DNA from: Verrucomicrobiota bacterium
GTDB lineage: Bacteria > Verrucomicrobiota > Verrucomicrobiia > Opitutales > Cerasicoccaceae
Length of the DNA: 64,000 nt
Reading direction: 5' to 3'
Assembly: GCA_039818205.1 (NCBI GenBank)
Contig: JBCBUK010000002.1
Span: forward strand, 128,001-192,000
The notes under the pieces are model-generated. The model was not told the DNA's origin and made no database searches. It saw only the letters and a program-made list of their open reading frames with translations. Both the position numbers and the translations under genes were made by a program. Shown here one piece after another: positions 36,225 through 49,469 of this stretch; position 1 is the stretch's first letter, and every line of letters begins with the position of its first letter.

Positions 36225-37880
36225 ATGGCTGAGCAGGTTGACGCTTCAAAGACAAAGTATATTTTTATAACCGGTGGTGTGGTTTCGTCACTCGGCAAAG
36301 GGCTGACTGCGGGCGCATTGGGTGCGCTTCTCGAGCAACGTGGGTTGACTTGTCGACTGCAGAAATTTGATCCGTACCTGAATGTTGACCCGGGCACGAT
36401 GAGCCCGTTTCAACACGGTGAAGTTTACGTGCTGGACGACGGTGCGGAAACTGACCTCGACCTGGGTCACTACGAGCGCTTCACCTGCGGAACCCTTTCC
36501 AGCAACAACAACCTGACCTCAGGGCAGATCTACGAAGCGATCATCCAAAAAGAGCGCCGGGGCGACTTTTTGGGCAAGACAGTTCAGGTTATTCCGCATG
36601 TCACCGATGAGATCAAGAAGCACATTTTCGGTGGCGGAGGCGACGTTGATGTCCTCATCACCGAGATTGGTGGCACGGTTGGTGACATCGAAGGTCTCCC
36701 GTTCCTGGAGGCCATGCGTCAGTTTGCCTTGGAAGTGGGTTTTGAAAACGTCCTCTTCATCCACGTGACCTTGATTCCATTCCTCAAGGCAGCGGGCGAG
36801 TTGAAAACGAAGCCCAGCCAGCAGTCCGTGGCCAAATTGCGTGAGATTGGTATTCAACCCGATATCTTGGTCTGCCGCACCGAGCAGCCGATCTCGCATG
36901 ACATCCGTCAGAAACTAAGCCTATTTTGCAACATCCCGGTTAAGGCCGTCATTGAAGAAATGGATGTTGAGACTTCCATTTACGAGCTCCCGATCCGATT
37001 GGCGCAGGAGAATCTCGACGATCTCGTCGTGGATCACCTTCGACTCGATGCGCCCGATAGCGAGATGGATGAGTGGAAGTCAGTGGTCCGCCGTTTGAAG
37101 TATCCGGCTAACCGCATCGACATTGGTGTTGTTGGTAAATACATTGAGCTGCAGGATGCCTACAAGAGCGTCTACGAGAGTTTAACTCATGGCGGTGTCG
37201 CTAATGATTGCGGCGTTAACATTGTGCGCATCGATTCCGAAGCGATCGAAGAAGATGGCGCAGCGGCTCACCTCGAAGGCCTGGGCGGTGTCCTGGTGCC
37301 CGGCGGTTTTGGTGACCGTGGGATTGAAGGCAAGATTGCCGCGGCTGAATATGCGCGCGAAAAGATGATTCCATACTTTGGTTTGTGCCTGGGGATGCAG
37401 ATTCTCGTCATCGAGTATGCGCGTCACGTCGCCGGATATCCCGAAGCCAATAGCGCGGAATTCGCACCGAACTCTGAGCATGCAGTGATCAATCTGATGG
37501 CGGACCAAGTGGACGTCACAGATAAGGGAGCAACGATGCGCTTGGGTTCCTGTCCCTGCAAGCTGACGCCAAAGACTCACTCATGGGAAGCTTACGCCAA
37601 GGTCTTTGACCCGCCCACGGAAGGTGATTTCATCATCCATGAGCGTCACCGTCACCGCTACGAATTTAACAACGACTTTCGGGAAATCCTGGAACGTTGT
37701 GGCTTGCGTATTTCCGGGGTCAATCCTGAGCGCGACCTAGTTGAAATTGTTGAAGTCTTTGACCATCCATGGATGGTCGGCGTGCAGTTCCACCCGGAGT
37801 TTAAATCTAAGCCGAATAAGGCACATCCGCTCTTTGCTGCGTTTGTTGCTGCCGCACTTAAGCGCCGCAAAGAAAGCTAG
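36225..37880 (+). CDS. pyrG: CTP synthase
   Basis: [48 protein letters not shown]. Confidence 0.97.
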   Translation: MAEQVDASKTKYIFITGGVVSSLGKGLTAGALGALLEQRGLTCRLQKFDPYLNVDPGTMSPFQHGEVYVLDDGAETDLDLGHYERFTCGTLSSNNNLTSGQIYEAIIQKERRGDFLGKTVQVIPHVTDEIKKHIFGGGGDVDVLITEIGGTVGDIEGLPFLEAMRQFALEVGFENVLFIHVTLIPFLKAAGELKTKPSQQSVAKLREIGIQPDILVCRTEQPISHDIRQKLSLFCNIPVKAVIEEMDVETSIYELPIRLAQENLDDLVVDHLRLDAPDSEMDEWKSVVRRLKYPANRIDIGVVGKYIELQDAYKSVYESLTHGGVANDCGVNIVRIDSEAIEEDGAAAHLEGLGGVLVPGGFGDRGIEGKIAAAEYAREKMIPYFGLCLGMQILVIEYARHVAGYPEANSAEFAPNSEHAVINLMADQVDVTDKGATMRLGSCPCKLTPKTHSWEAYAKVFDPPTEGDFIIHERHRHRYEFNNDFREILERCGLRISGVNPERDLVEIVEVFDHPWMVGVQFHPEFKSKPNKAHPLFAAFVAAALKRRKES

Positions 37881-37884
37881 TTTG

Positions 37885-39099
37885 CTAGCGTTTTAAGCTG
37901 CGCCCGAAGGCAAGCATGTCACGGGCGTAGTCGGCCCAGTTGCGGAAGGTTCGTGCTTTGGCTTCGGATGATAGTTTTGCCCGCAAATCCTCGTCTTCAA
38001 TGAGCCGTCGCATGGGTCCGGCAAGCTGTTCAGCGCTTGGCTCTGGTACCATTAGACAGCCGCCGCCAACGGCGACTTCGCCCAGGGCGTGTTTCTCGCA
38101 AACAACGCAGGGTTTGCCGTAGTGGAGGCTCTCGATCACAGGTAGGCCAAAGCCCTCCATCAGCGACGGGTAAACCGTGAAATCTGCCCGATGGTAAATC
38201 TCGGTTAGTCGTTCGTCGTTGGGGGTGCCCAGGTATTCGACATGGCGCCCGGCTGCCTTGAGTTCCTCAAGTCGTTGCATTGCTTTCGTACCGGTTTCCC
38301 GGTTGAGCATACCGACAAACTGAAGTCGGAAATCAACGCCTTGAGACCAGAGAATCTCCGCTGCCTCAAGTAACGCGATCTGGTTTTTCCGGCCCTCGAA
38401 GGTACTAACGAATAGTGCCGTTGGCGGTGCGCTGGCGTCGCCTTGGGTGGACGTGTCTCGATCGCGATCGATGCTGGAGAAATCGACCCCTAAAGGCACG
38501 GCTTCGACGACGGGATGATCCGTGATGCCTTGGCTGCGCCAATGGTCAATGAGGTCATCGCGCGAGGCCTCCGAAATCGCTGCAATACCATCGAAATCAC
38601 GCAGTTCATTCAGGTAGGTCTCAAAGCGCTTGACCGTGCCCGCCGGCGTAAACTGGGGCAACCGCAGTGCAATCAAATCGTAGAAGATCGCGACCTTGGG
38701 GCCCGACAAATTCGGAAATATGCTTTGGTAAGATTGATAGCTTTCCGGGAAAAATATCTCGGGAGCAAAAAATATTTCGGCTGATTGAAACTCTTCATTC
38801 GAGATCTCTTGATACCCGACAGGTAATCCCACGCTGGCGAGTTGGCCTCGTAACTTATCCTGGAAGCGCCAACGCGCGCCACGCTTCTTTCCGGGTAACT
38901 TATTGGGGGTCCAATCGACGAAGAGGTTTTCGTAGTCCGTGGTGCGGCGCCATTGTTTCGCGAAGCGGTCATAGATAGTTGGCCGGCAATTGTCGCGGCC
39001 TTCAAGCTGCCGCGCCTCACGAAAAAATGCGCGGCAAACGCGTTGGATGCCAGTGTTGCTTGGGCAGCGGGCTGTGTGCGATAGATCAACCAGGAACAT
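37885..39099 (-). CDS. Glycosyltransferase family 4 (GT-B)
   Basis: TGIQRV, YDLI, VST.E.RKN, YPSLMEGFGLPVIE. Confidence 0.88.
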   Translation of the reverse strand: MFLVDLSHTARCPSNTGIQRVCRAFFREARQLEGRDNCRPTIYDRFAKQWRRTTDYENLFVDWTPNKLPGKKRGARWRFQDKLRGQLASVGLPVGYQEISNEEFQSAEIFFAPEIFFPESYQSYQSIFPNLSGPKVAIFYDLIALRLPQFTPAGTVKRFETYLNELRDFDGIAAISEASRDDLIDHWRSQGITDHPVVEAVPLGVDFSSIDRDRDTSTQGDASAPPTALFVSTFEGRKNQIALLEAAEILWSQGVDFRLQFVGMLNRETGTKAMQRLEELKAAGRHVEYLGTPNDERLTEIYHRADFTVYPSLMEGFGLPVIESLHYGKPCVVCEKHALGEVAVGGGCLMVPEPSAEQLAGPMRRLIEDEDLRAKLSSEAKARTFRNWADYARDMLAFGRSLKR

Positions 39100-39231
39100 A
39101 GTATGAGCCGTCTACTACTCAGAATTAATGCGACTTTGTCAACGGCGGTCATTTCGCGGCATCGATAGTACTTACAATCACGGAACGGAATTGTAATTTA
39201 CCCATAACCAGCAATTGGCTAAGCTGGGTTC

Positions 39232-39687
39232 ATGACCACACATGTTAAATACATTTCCGATAGCCTCTTCACCGATGCAAGTGTCTTAGCTGATCAATTA
39301 CTGGAGCGTAGTCCCGTGATGCGGGGCAAGATTGCTATGGCGGTCGGTTGTCGGCCCAACCAGGTGCATGAACACCTTGTGGAGGTGATCCGATTTATGC
39401 AGCTGGTGTCGAATAGTCCAACCACCTTAACGCCTTCGCTGCGGGTGGATTTGGTCTGGCACGAGTTCATCCTCTTCACCCGCGAGTATGCGCGTTTTTG
39501 TGAAGAACAATTTGGCCATTTTATCCACCACACGCCGGGTGGTTCCCGCGCGGACAATCACCAGCAATACCGCAATACACTGCGTCAATATAACCAAATA
39601 TTTGGGCCGCCTAAGATGAGTTTCTGGGCTAATCCATTTTTGGATCCAGATACCTCAGGATGTGGGGCCTGTGATGGGTATGCTTAA
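39232..39687 (+). CDS. GRDP-like (glycine-rich-domain-containing, DUF1399-type) protein
   Basis: PSLRVDLVWHEFILFTREYARFC...GHFIHHTP...Y..T...Y...FG; ends SGCGACDGYA. Confidence 0.8.
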   Translation: MTTHVKYISDSLFTDASVLADQLLERSPVMRGKIAMAVGCRPNQVHEHLVEVIRFMQLVSNSPTTLTPSLRVDLVWHEFILFTREYARFCEEQFGHFIHHTPGGSRADNHQQYRNTLRQYNQIFGPPKMSFWANPFLDPDTSGCGACDGYA

Positions 39688-39704
39688 CTCAACAACTACT
39701 CGCT

Positions 39705-40778
39705 ATGATCTATAAAGGAACGATTACGGTTGATCCCGGACAACTAACGCACATCGAACGGCGAAAGCCGACTAAGGCTTTTGCCAAGATGGCACACTTT
39801 TTAACCATGGGCTTGTCATCGCCTATGGAAGAGAAAGAGACGTTTTCCGCAGTGGCCATTCTCCAAGAGCTCAACCGGGCGCTATTGGCTGCGGGCATCG
39901 ATAATATCATTCGACTCTCGAAGGATGACGTAGATTTCTATTTCGACGCTGAAGGGCGCCGTCAGGATCTGCGGGTGGCAATGGATGAGTTCGAGCAGAA
40001 AGCTGGGCCGCGCGAAATCAGTGTCTTTAACGAACTGCGACTGGTCCTTGAGCATGACACCTACGATATGTTTTTCATAGTCGAAATACGCGTGTTTCGA
40101 AATCATGCGGTTGGTGCGCACCCGATTGAGATTCATGTTGATGGGGTTGTGAACGAGTTTCAGGTTGATGATCCCGCCAACCCCGGCGCTCTACGCGAGC
40201 GAATGGAGCCCTACTTTCGCAAGCAGGAAATCTACGAGGCGTTTTGTGGCCGTGCTCAAGGGAACTTTGATCGCTTCATGGGAGACCTCATTCTCGCACT
40301 TCATGATCATATGCACGTCGAATCGTCACGCACCGGCTCGACCAAAAATATCATTACGCGTGGGGAGCGCCTCGATCGCAATTCGCCGACAAGCAGCGAA
40401 GCCCTGGCTGAGGTGCCCGGAGGTCGCGCCATGTTTGAGCCCTACCATGGAGTTGCTACCGTTGCACTCGCCGCCTGGCTTTGGGCTGATATATGCCACG
40501 AGAACGGCATCATGAACAGTCAAGTGGAATTGATCGACGGCTCCGGTGCTACGATTGGATCTATCGAGGAAACCCCGATGATGGTTGGTAGTGCCGAGGA
40601 AGTTCGAGAAGAAGCCACCCACTCATCTTCATTCTTCGGCGGCTCTGGTGGTGATGGCGGCAGTAGCAGCGATAGTGGTGGCTGGTTTAGCTTCGATTTC
40701 GGCGGCGACGGAGGAGACGGCGGAGGGGACGGCGGCTCTGGCTGTGGTGGAGGCTGCGGCGGCGGTTGTGGCGGTTAA
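39705..40778 (+). CDS. Unknown protein with a C-terminal Gly/Ser/Asp/Cys-rich tail
   Basis: 357 aa, 17 bp after the GRDP gene; ends GGDGGDGGGDGGSGCGGGCGGGCGG. Confidence 0.8.
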   Translation: MIYKGTITVDPGQLTHIERRKPTKAFAKMAHFLTMGLSSPMEEKETFSAVAILQELNRALLAAGIDNIIRLSKDDVDFYFDAEGRRQDLRVAMDEFEQKAGPREISVFNELRLVLEHDTYDMFFIVEIRVFRNHAVGAHPIEIHVDGVVNEFQVDDPANPGALRERMEPYFRKQEIYEAFCGRAQGNFDRFMGDLILALHDHMHVESSRTGSTKNIITRGERLDRNSPTSSEALAEVPGGRAMFEPYHGVATVALAAWLWADICHENGIMNSQVELIDGSGATIGSIEETPMMVGSAEEVREEATHSSSFFGGSGGDGGSSSDSGGWFSFDFGGDGGDGGGDGGSGCGGGCGGGCGG

Positions 40779-40788
40779 GCCCTTGAGG

Positions 40789-41889
40789 TTAACCGCCAAC
40801 TTTGAATAGGGCGACGTCGCCGTCTTTGAAGTGGTATTCTTTGCCTTCGAGGCGGTATCGTCCGGCGTCGCGAGCCGCGGCAACGGAGCCGGCCGCGACA
40901 AGATCTTCGTAGCTGACGACTTCTGCCTTGATGAACTTCTTCTCAAAGTCGGTGTGGATGACTCCGGCGCATTGCGGGGCCTTCATGCCTTCGTGGAAAG
41001 TCCACGCGCGGACCTCCTTTTCACCAGCGGTAAAATAGCTGGCCAGGCCGAGTAGTCCGTAAGCAGCGCGAATAAGTCCGGTGACTCCACTACCCGAGAC
41101 CCCGAGGTCGGCCAGATAGTCCTTGGCTTCGGCGGGGTCCAATTCTGACAGCTCCTCTTCGATGCGGGCGCAGATCACACAGGATGACGCTCCGTGGTGC
41201 TCGGCAGCCCACTGGGCAACTTTTTCAGTAAACTCATTACCTCCAGCCGCTAGGTCGTCTTCGGCAACGTTGCAGGCGTAGAGAACACGCTTGGCGGACA
41301 GGAGACAATAAGTCTTCATGCGCTCCCGCTGGTCGTCGTCAAGCTCGAGCGTCACCACCGGTTTACCCTCATTCAGGTGCTCGACAATAATTTCTAGCAG
41401 CGCCGTGTTCGCTTGGGCTTCCTTGTCGTTGCCCTTTGCCCGGCGCTTATTCTTGTCGAGTTGGCTTTCGGCACTCTGCAGGTCGGCGAGGATCAACTCG
41501 GTGTTGATTACCTCAATGTCGCGAATGGGGTCAACCGAGCCCATGTTGTGGATGACGTCGTCGTCCACAAAGCATCGGACGACGTGCACGATGGCATCGA
41601 CCTCGCGAATGTTGGCCAGAAACTTGTTTCCAAGACCTTCGCCTTCGCTGGCACCGGCTACGAGGCCAGCGATATCGACAAATTCGATTGCTGCCGGGAT
41701 TACTACCTGGGTTTTTGCGATCTCGCGCAGCGGTTCCAAGCGGTCATCTGGGACCTCCACGACGCCGACGTTGGGCTCGATGGTACAGAATGGATAATTC
41801 GCCGCCTCCGCCTTGCGGGTGCGGGTCAGGGCGTTGAAAAGAGTACTCTTGCCCACGTTGGGCAAACCGACGATGCCTGCTTGTAACAT
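40789..41889 (-). CDS. ychF: Redox-regulated ATPase YchF
   Basis: [39 protein letters not shown]-terminal TGS-like domain. Confidence 0.96.
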   Translation of the reverse strand: MLQAGIVGLPNVGKSTLFNALTRTRKAEAANYPFCTIEPNVGVVEVPDDRLEPLREIAKTQVVIPAAIEFVDIAGLVAGASEGEGLGNKFLANIREVDAIVHVVRCFVDDDVIHNMGSVDPIRDIEVINTELILADLQSAESQLDKNKRRAKGNDKEAQANTALLEIIVEHLNEGKPVVTLELDDDQRERMKTYCLLSAKRVLYACNVAEDDLAAGGNEFTEKVAQWAAEHHGASSCVICARIEEELSELDPAEAKDYLADLGVSGSGVTGLIRAAYGLLGLASYFTAGEKEVRAWTFHEGMKAPQCAGVIHTDFEKKFIKAEVVSYEDLVAAGSVAAARDAGRYRLEGKEYHFKDGDVALFKVGG

Positions 41890-42007
41890 AATGCTAAAGG
41901 CGGGGGATAATGAGGTCTCGCGCCAGCGGGGCAACCTTTTTGCGCGATTCGGCTAAATCGGGCCCAAAAGCTTGTCCCAAGCACAAGTTCGGTCATAGAT
42001 ATACGTT

Positions 42008-43126
42008 ATGGTTGGGAGAAAATGGGTCGTTCGCGGGATGGCGATGATGTCGCTAGCCCTGCTATGCGCCTGTTCGCCCTATCCGGATAGCGGAACCGGG
42101 GTTGCAGATTTGCCGGATAGCTCCCGCTACGAAGGCGAGTTTCTTGACGGCCTGTTTCATGGAAAGGGCAAACTGGTCTGGCGCCACGGCGGTTATTACG
42201 AGGGGACTTTTACCCATGGTTTGATTGAGGGCGATGGCGTCATGATTCTTCCAGAGGGGACCCATAAGGAAGGCCAGTTTAAGAATGGCCAGCTCCACGG
42301 GGTGGGAAAGATTCGCTATGCGGATGGCTCCACCTACGAGGGTTCGTTTGTGGCTGGTAAGTATACGGGTATCGGGATGTATCGTTCCGGGGATGAGTTT
42401 TACCAGGGAGAATGGCTCAACGGTAAAAAGCAGGGCAAGGGCCACTACATCAAAGAAGGCTTTGGCGAATACGTTGGGCAGTTTTATGATGATGAGATTG
42501 CGGGTCGAGGAGTCTTGGAAACCGAAGCCGGTGCCCGGTATGAAGGGCAATTCGATAAAGGCAAGCCGCAGGGGCAAATGGTGATCACGACCCCAGGCGG
42601 CGGGTTGCTCAAAGCCCGTTTTGTATATGGGCAGGCGGTTGGGCCCGGAGAACAACGAATGGAGGATGGATCTGGCTACACCGGTGATTTTGCCGGTGGT
42701 GAGTGGCACGGCAAGGGCGAGCATATCGACTCTCAAGGGAATATTTATCGCGGTGAGTTTCAGCATGGAGCTTATCACGGATACGGAAAAATTCTCTTTA
42801 CGGACGGGCGCGAGTTTCACGGGAGTTTCGAGGCTGGCGATCCCCACGGTAAAGGATCGATTGAATACCCGGATCGGTCGCGCTATGCGGGTGACTTCGA
42901 GAACGGTCTGCCGAACGGAGAGGGCATTTTCGAGTTTCCAAATGGCGACCGCTATGTCGGGGAATTTGAGGATGGTTTGTTCGAGGGAACAGGCACGCTC
43001 GTTTTTGATCCCGATTCTGGGCGTTTACCAATCAGTGGGGTCTGGAGTGATGGCGAATACATCGGGAAACCGTTGGAGCGATCTGAGCAAGCACCAGGTG
43101 AACGGATACGGATTAAGGTAAAGTAG
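42008..43126 (+). CDS. MORN-repeat lipoprotein
   Basis: Lipobox LCAC then about a dozen YxGxFxxGxxxGxG repeats. Confidence 0.88.
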   Translation: MVGRKWVVRGMAMMSLALLCACSPYPDSGTGVADLPDSSRYEGEFLDGLFHGKGKLVWRHGGYYEGTFTHGLIEGDGVMILPEGTHKEGQFKNGQLHGVGKIRYADGSTYEGSFVAGKYTGIGMYRSGDEFYQGEWLNGKKQGKGHYIKEGFGEYVGQFYDDEIAGRGVLETEAGARYEGQFDKGKPQGQMVITTPGGGLLKARFVYGQAVGPGEQRMEDGSGYTGDFAGGEWHGKGEHIDSQGNIYRGEFQHGAYHGYGKILFTDGREFHGSFEAGDPHGKGSIEYPDRSRYAGDFENGLPNGEGIFEFPNGDRYVGEFEDGLFEGTGTLVFDPDSGRLPISGVWSDGEYIGKPLERSEQAPGERIRIKVK

Positions 43127-43228
43127 TGCAGGGGGGTGATTACCCTGTTTTTACATGGTTATACCAGAATTTACTTGCTCCTTTACACGAATGATGTTCA
43201 CAATCACGTTCGAATCTACTCATACCTC

Positions 43229-43975
43229 ATGTACAGTGTTTTCTCCCCTATACGTATTGCTGTTGTAGCAACTACGGCAGCTGTTTGCATTGCAACCACT
43301 GCCTCAGCGCAAGTCACTGTTTACGAACAGGATTTTTCGACCAATGATGGCGCGACGCTCACGCCCGCTGGTAACTTTGTAAACATTGCTATCGGATCAG
43401 CCGGTGGTAGCGGAACTTTCCAAAACAACTATTCTGCCTTCAATGGTGGTGGTTTAGGGCTCACCATTACCGAAGATGTTGGTGGCTTCCTTTCGATCGT
43501 CGGGACGGCTGACGGATCTTTGAACGGCTCGGAAGCAACCTCTTTTACGGGCCCCAATGGTGGCATCCCGCTTAACGGTCTCATCAGCGGATCCAACTTG
43601 GCAGACTTTACCCTTTCGTTTGATTATTCGGCTTCTAATGGCGTCGCCGTTGGTTTGCGTCCGCGTTTGTCCGCTGGAAGCTTCTCGGCTTCCTTGGTTG
43701 GGCCCACTCAGTTGAGTGCAACTTCATCGGTTCAGACCTTTTCGGCATCTCTCGACACCTGGACTGATCAGGGTACATTTGTGACCACGATCGATGACGG
43801 TAGCCCAGACACTTTCTCGATCCGTCTCGGATCCGCCCAAGGCAACACCATTGGCGGTGGCTGGATAATCGATAACATCAGAATTACCCAAGTTCCGGAG
43901 CCAAGCACCTATGCACTGATTGGTGGTTTGGTTGTCCTGGGAGTTGGTTTTATCTACCGTCGGCGTCAGCGCTAG
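43229..43975 (+). CDS. PEP-CTERM sorting domain protein
   Basis: Signal peptide ending ASA; C-terminal VPEPSTYALIGG, TM helix, RRRQR. Confidence 0.92.
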   Translation: MYSVFSPIRIAVVATTAAVCIATTASAQVTVYEQDFSTNDGATLTPAGNFVNIAIGSAGGSGTFQNNYSAFNGGGLGLTITEDVGGFLSIVGTADGSLNGSEATSFTGPNGGIPLNGLISGSNLADFTLSFDYSASNGVAVGLRPRLSAGSFSASLVGPTQLSATSSVQTFSASLDTWTDQGTFVTTIDDGSPDTFSIRLGSAQGNTIGGGWIIDNIRITQVPEPSTYALIGGLVVLGVGFIYRRRQR

Positions 43976-44004
43976 GGTAGTCTTTTAGTTCATTAATGAG
44001 TTTT

Positions 44005-44039
44005 TCCCCGCCTTCCTCTTAGAGGAGGCGGGGATTTTT
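44005..44039 (+). terminator. Intrinsic terminator after the PEP-CTERM gene
   Basis: TCCCCGCC...GGCGGGGA then TTTTT. Confidence 0.8.
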
Positions 44040-44108
44040 CTTGTCGCTTTGACTTTAGGGACGAGATTGGTATGAACACGGACAGAAACGACCACTATTT
44101 CAATTACC

Positions 44109-45053
44109 ATGGACCAGTCCGTAATTTCGACGCTAACGCGTCTCCGTCAGAATCTTGAATCGGTTATCGTGGGAAAGCCCGGTGCGATGCAGGGCGTAGT
44201 TTTAGCATTGGTCTGTGACGGCCACCTGTTGATTGAGGATCTTCCTGGCGTTGGCAAAACGATCTTGGCGCGTACTTTGGCGAAATCGATTGAGGGAGAT
44301 TTTAAACGCATTCAGTTTACTCCGGATTTGTTGCCTTCGGATGTCACCGGTGTCTCGATATTCAATCGGCAATCGAACGAGTTTGAATTCCGGGCTGGGC
44401 CGATTTTTGGTAATGTGATTTTAGCCGATGAGATCAACCGGGCGACGCCGCGCACCCAATCCAGTTTGCTGGAGGCGATGGAGGAGCGCACGGTTACAGT
44501 TGATGGCGTGACTCATGTGCTACCAAAGCCATTTATTGTCGTGGCGACCCAGAACCCGATTGAGTTGAAGGGAACCTTTGCGTTACCTGAGGCCCAGCTT
44601 GACCGGTTTTTCGGTAAGCTTTCAATTGGTTATCCTTCCGTTGAGGAAGAGGCGCGGGTGATGCAGATGCAGTTGCGGCGTCATCCGGTTGAAGATGTGC
44701 AACCTGTGATCAACGTTGACGATGTGCTAGCGGCACAGGCTGCAGTGCGCGAGATTCACGTTGAGCAGAACATCTTGGAATACATTGCGAGGATTACCGC
44801 TGCGACACGTGAGGATGCCCGCGTGGCCGTTGGCGCGAGCCCTCGGGGGTCGCTTGCCTTGGTCCGCGCTAGCCAGGCTCAGAGCCTGTTTAAGGGGCAT
44901 GACTACGTAACTCCGGATACCGTTCAAGAGGTTGCGAGCTTTGTCTTGGCCCACCGCATGATGCTGAAGACAAAATCAGTCGTCAATGTTGAGTCCGCTT
45001 CGACGGTTCTTCACTCGATTCTCCACCAGGTTGAGGTTCCCATCACCCAATAG
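44109..45053 (+). CDS. moxR: MoxR family AAA+ ATPase
   Basis: EDLPGVGKT, RIQFTPDLLPSD, DEINRA, ATQNPIE, LPEAQLDRF, SPR. Confidence 0.93.
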   Translation: MDQSVISTLTRLRQNLESVIVGKPGAMQGVVLALVCDGHLLIEDLPGVGKTILARTLAKSIEGDFKRIQFTPDLLPSDVTGVSIFNRQSNEFEFRAGPIFGNVILADEINRATPRTQSSLLEAMEERTVTVDGVTHVLPKPFIVVATQNPIELKGTFALPEAQLDRFFGKLSIGYPSVEEEARVMQMQLRRHPVEDVQPVINVDDVLAAQAAVREIHVEQNILEYIARITAATREDARVAVGASPRGSLALVRASQAQSLFKGHDYVTPDTVQEVASFVLAHRMMLKTKSVVNVESASTVLHSILHQVEVPITQ

Positions 45054-45059
45054 ATTGGC

Positions 45060-46327
45060 ATGAATTTCAGCGAACAGAAGCGTCAGCGTTTGAGTCGCTC
45101 ACTGACTCTGTTGGCTTGCGGCATGTTGATTTTTCTGGGCTGGAACGCGGGAAGTCCAGCGGTCTTGCTGGCGGGATTGTTTATTCCATCCTTCGGGTTT
45201 CTCTGTGCCATGGTGGTGATGAAGCAGCGTGATCTGCTTACGGTGAAACGGGCATGTGTCGATGGTGCTTGTGAAGGCGAACGGGTTGACATCGTGTTAA
45301 CCGTGACCAACCCCCATTGGTTTCCCGTGTTTCGGATGGTGGTTCACGATCGCTTTGAGCCAGACCTTGAGTCGGACAAGCTTTTCTCATTAACGGGTGT
45401 CCTACCTGCTCGCTCGTCGGTTGATTTTCCCTTCGAGGCAGAGTGTTATCTGGATCGTGGAGAATATACGCTTGGCCCGGTTACGTTGCGGATATCGGAC
45501 CCCTTGGGTTTGTTCATCTTTAATCGCACGATTGATCTACCGCAAACTTTCTGGGTGTATCCTGAAGTCGTCGGGATGCCGCCTCCTCCGCCGGCGGAGG
45601 GCAGCCCGGATATCGTACCAGAGGGCATGCCAGTTGCCCGGTCGGGAGACAGCGATTTACAATACGGCGTGCGCGAGTATGTTCCCGGGGATCCGTTTCG
45701 GCATATTCATTGGCCGCAGACCGGGAAATGTGGAGAGCTGATGGTGCGAGAATATGAACAGATCACGCCGGCCAATACGTATCTGCTCCTGGACCTGCCG
45801 CTGATCGGGCGAGCAGGAACTGGCAAGTTTTCAACCGAAGAGTACGGGGTGCAACTGGTAGCGAGTATCGCGGCACAGATGCTTCATGGTGGCCAGCCGG
45901 TTGGAGTATTGGTAAACGCGATGCCGGCGGTTTTTGTCGAGCTTGACTACGGGCATCAACACTTGATCGGAGTCCTGGGTTCGCTAATTCCGGTTCGAGA
46001 GAAAAGCACTCGAAGTATCACGGACGAGCTTAATGAGCATCCCGAGGTGGCCCGTGAGGGGTCAACGTTTTGGCTCATTTTGAGTCGGGTCAATTTTTCA
46101 ATCGACTACCTTGAATCGATCACAAATCAGTTTGCATGGAAGGCGTGTCGGATATTCCTGATCATTATTGATGACGAAGGCATGGTTGCTTACGAGTCTT
46201 CGCCAGAACAGCGCTCGATCCGGCCGGATCGTGATACTCTCGCGGCGGAGATCGGAAATCGTGTCGATGGTGTTTGGTGGGTGGATATTACCCGGGGTGT
46301 CAAACAGTCGATGAAATCGGGACCGCT

Positions 46328-46331
<4 letters not shown>
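45060..46331 (+). CDS. DUF58 domain protein
   Basis: Two TM helices, RG.Y.LGP...DPLGL, VREYVPGDPFRHIHW. Confidence 0.88.
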
Positions 46332-49454
<3,123 letters not shown>

Positions 49455-49469
49455 GGAAGCTCAATTCGC

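Noticed and set aside
40636..40778. GGC-rich repeats as a CRISPR array or microsatellite
   Set aside because: They encode the Gly-rich protein tail, with codon variation and no repeat-spacer structure.
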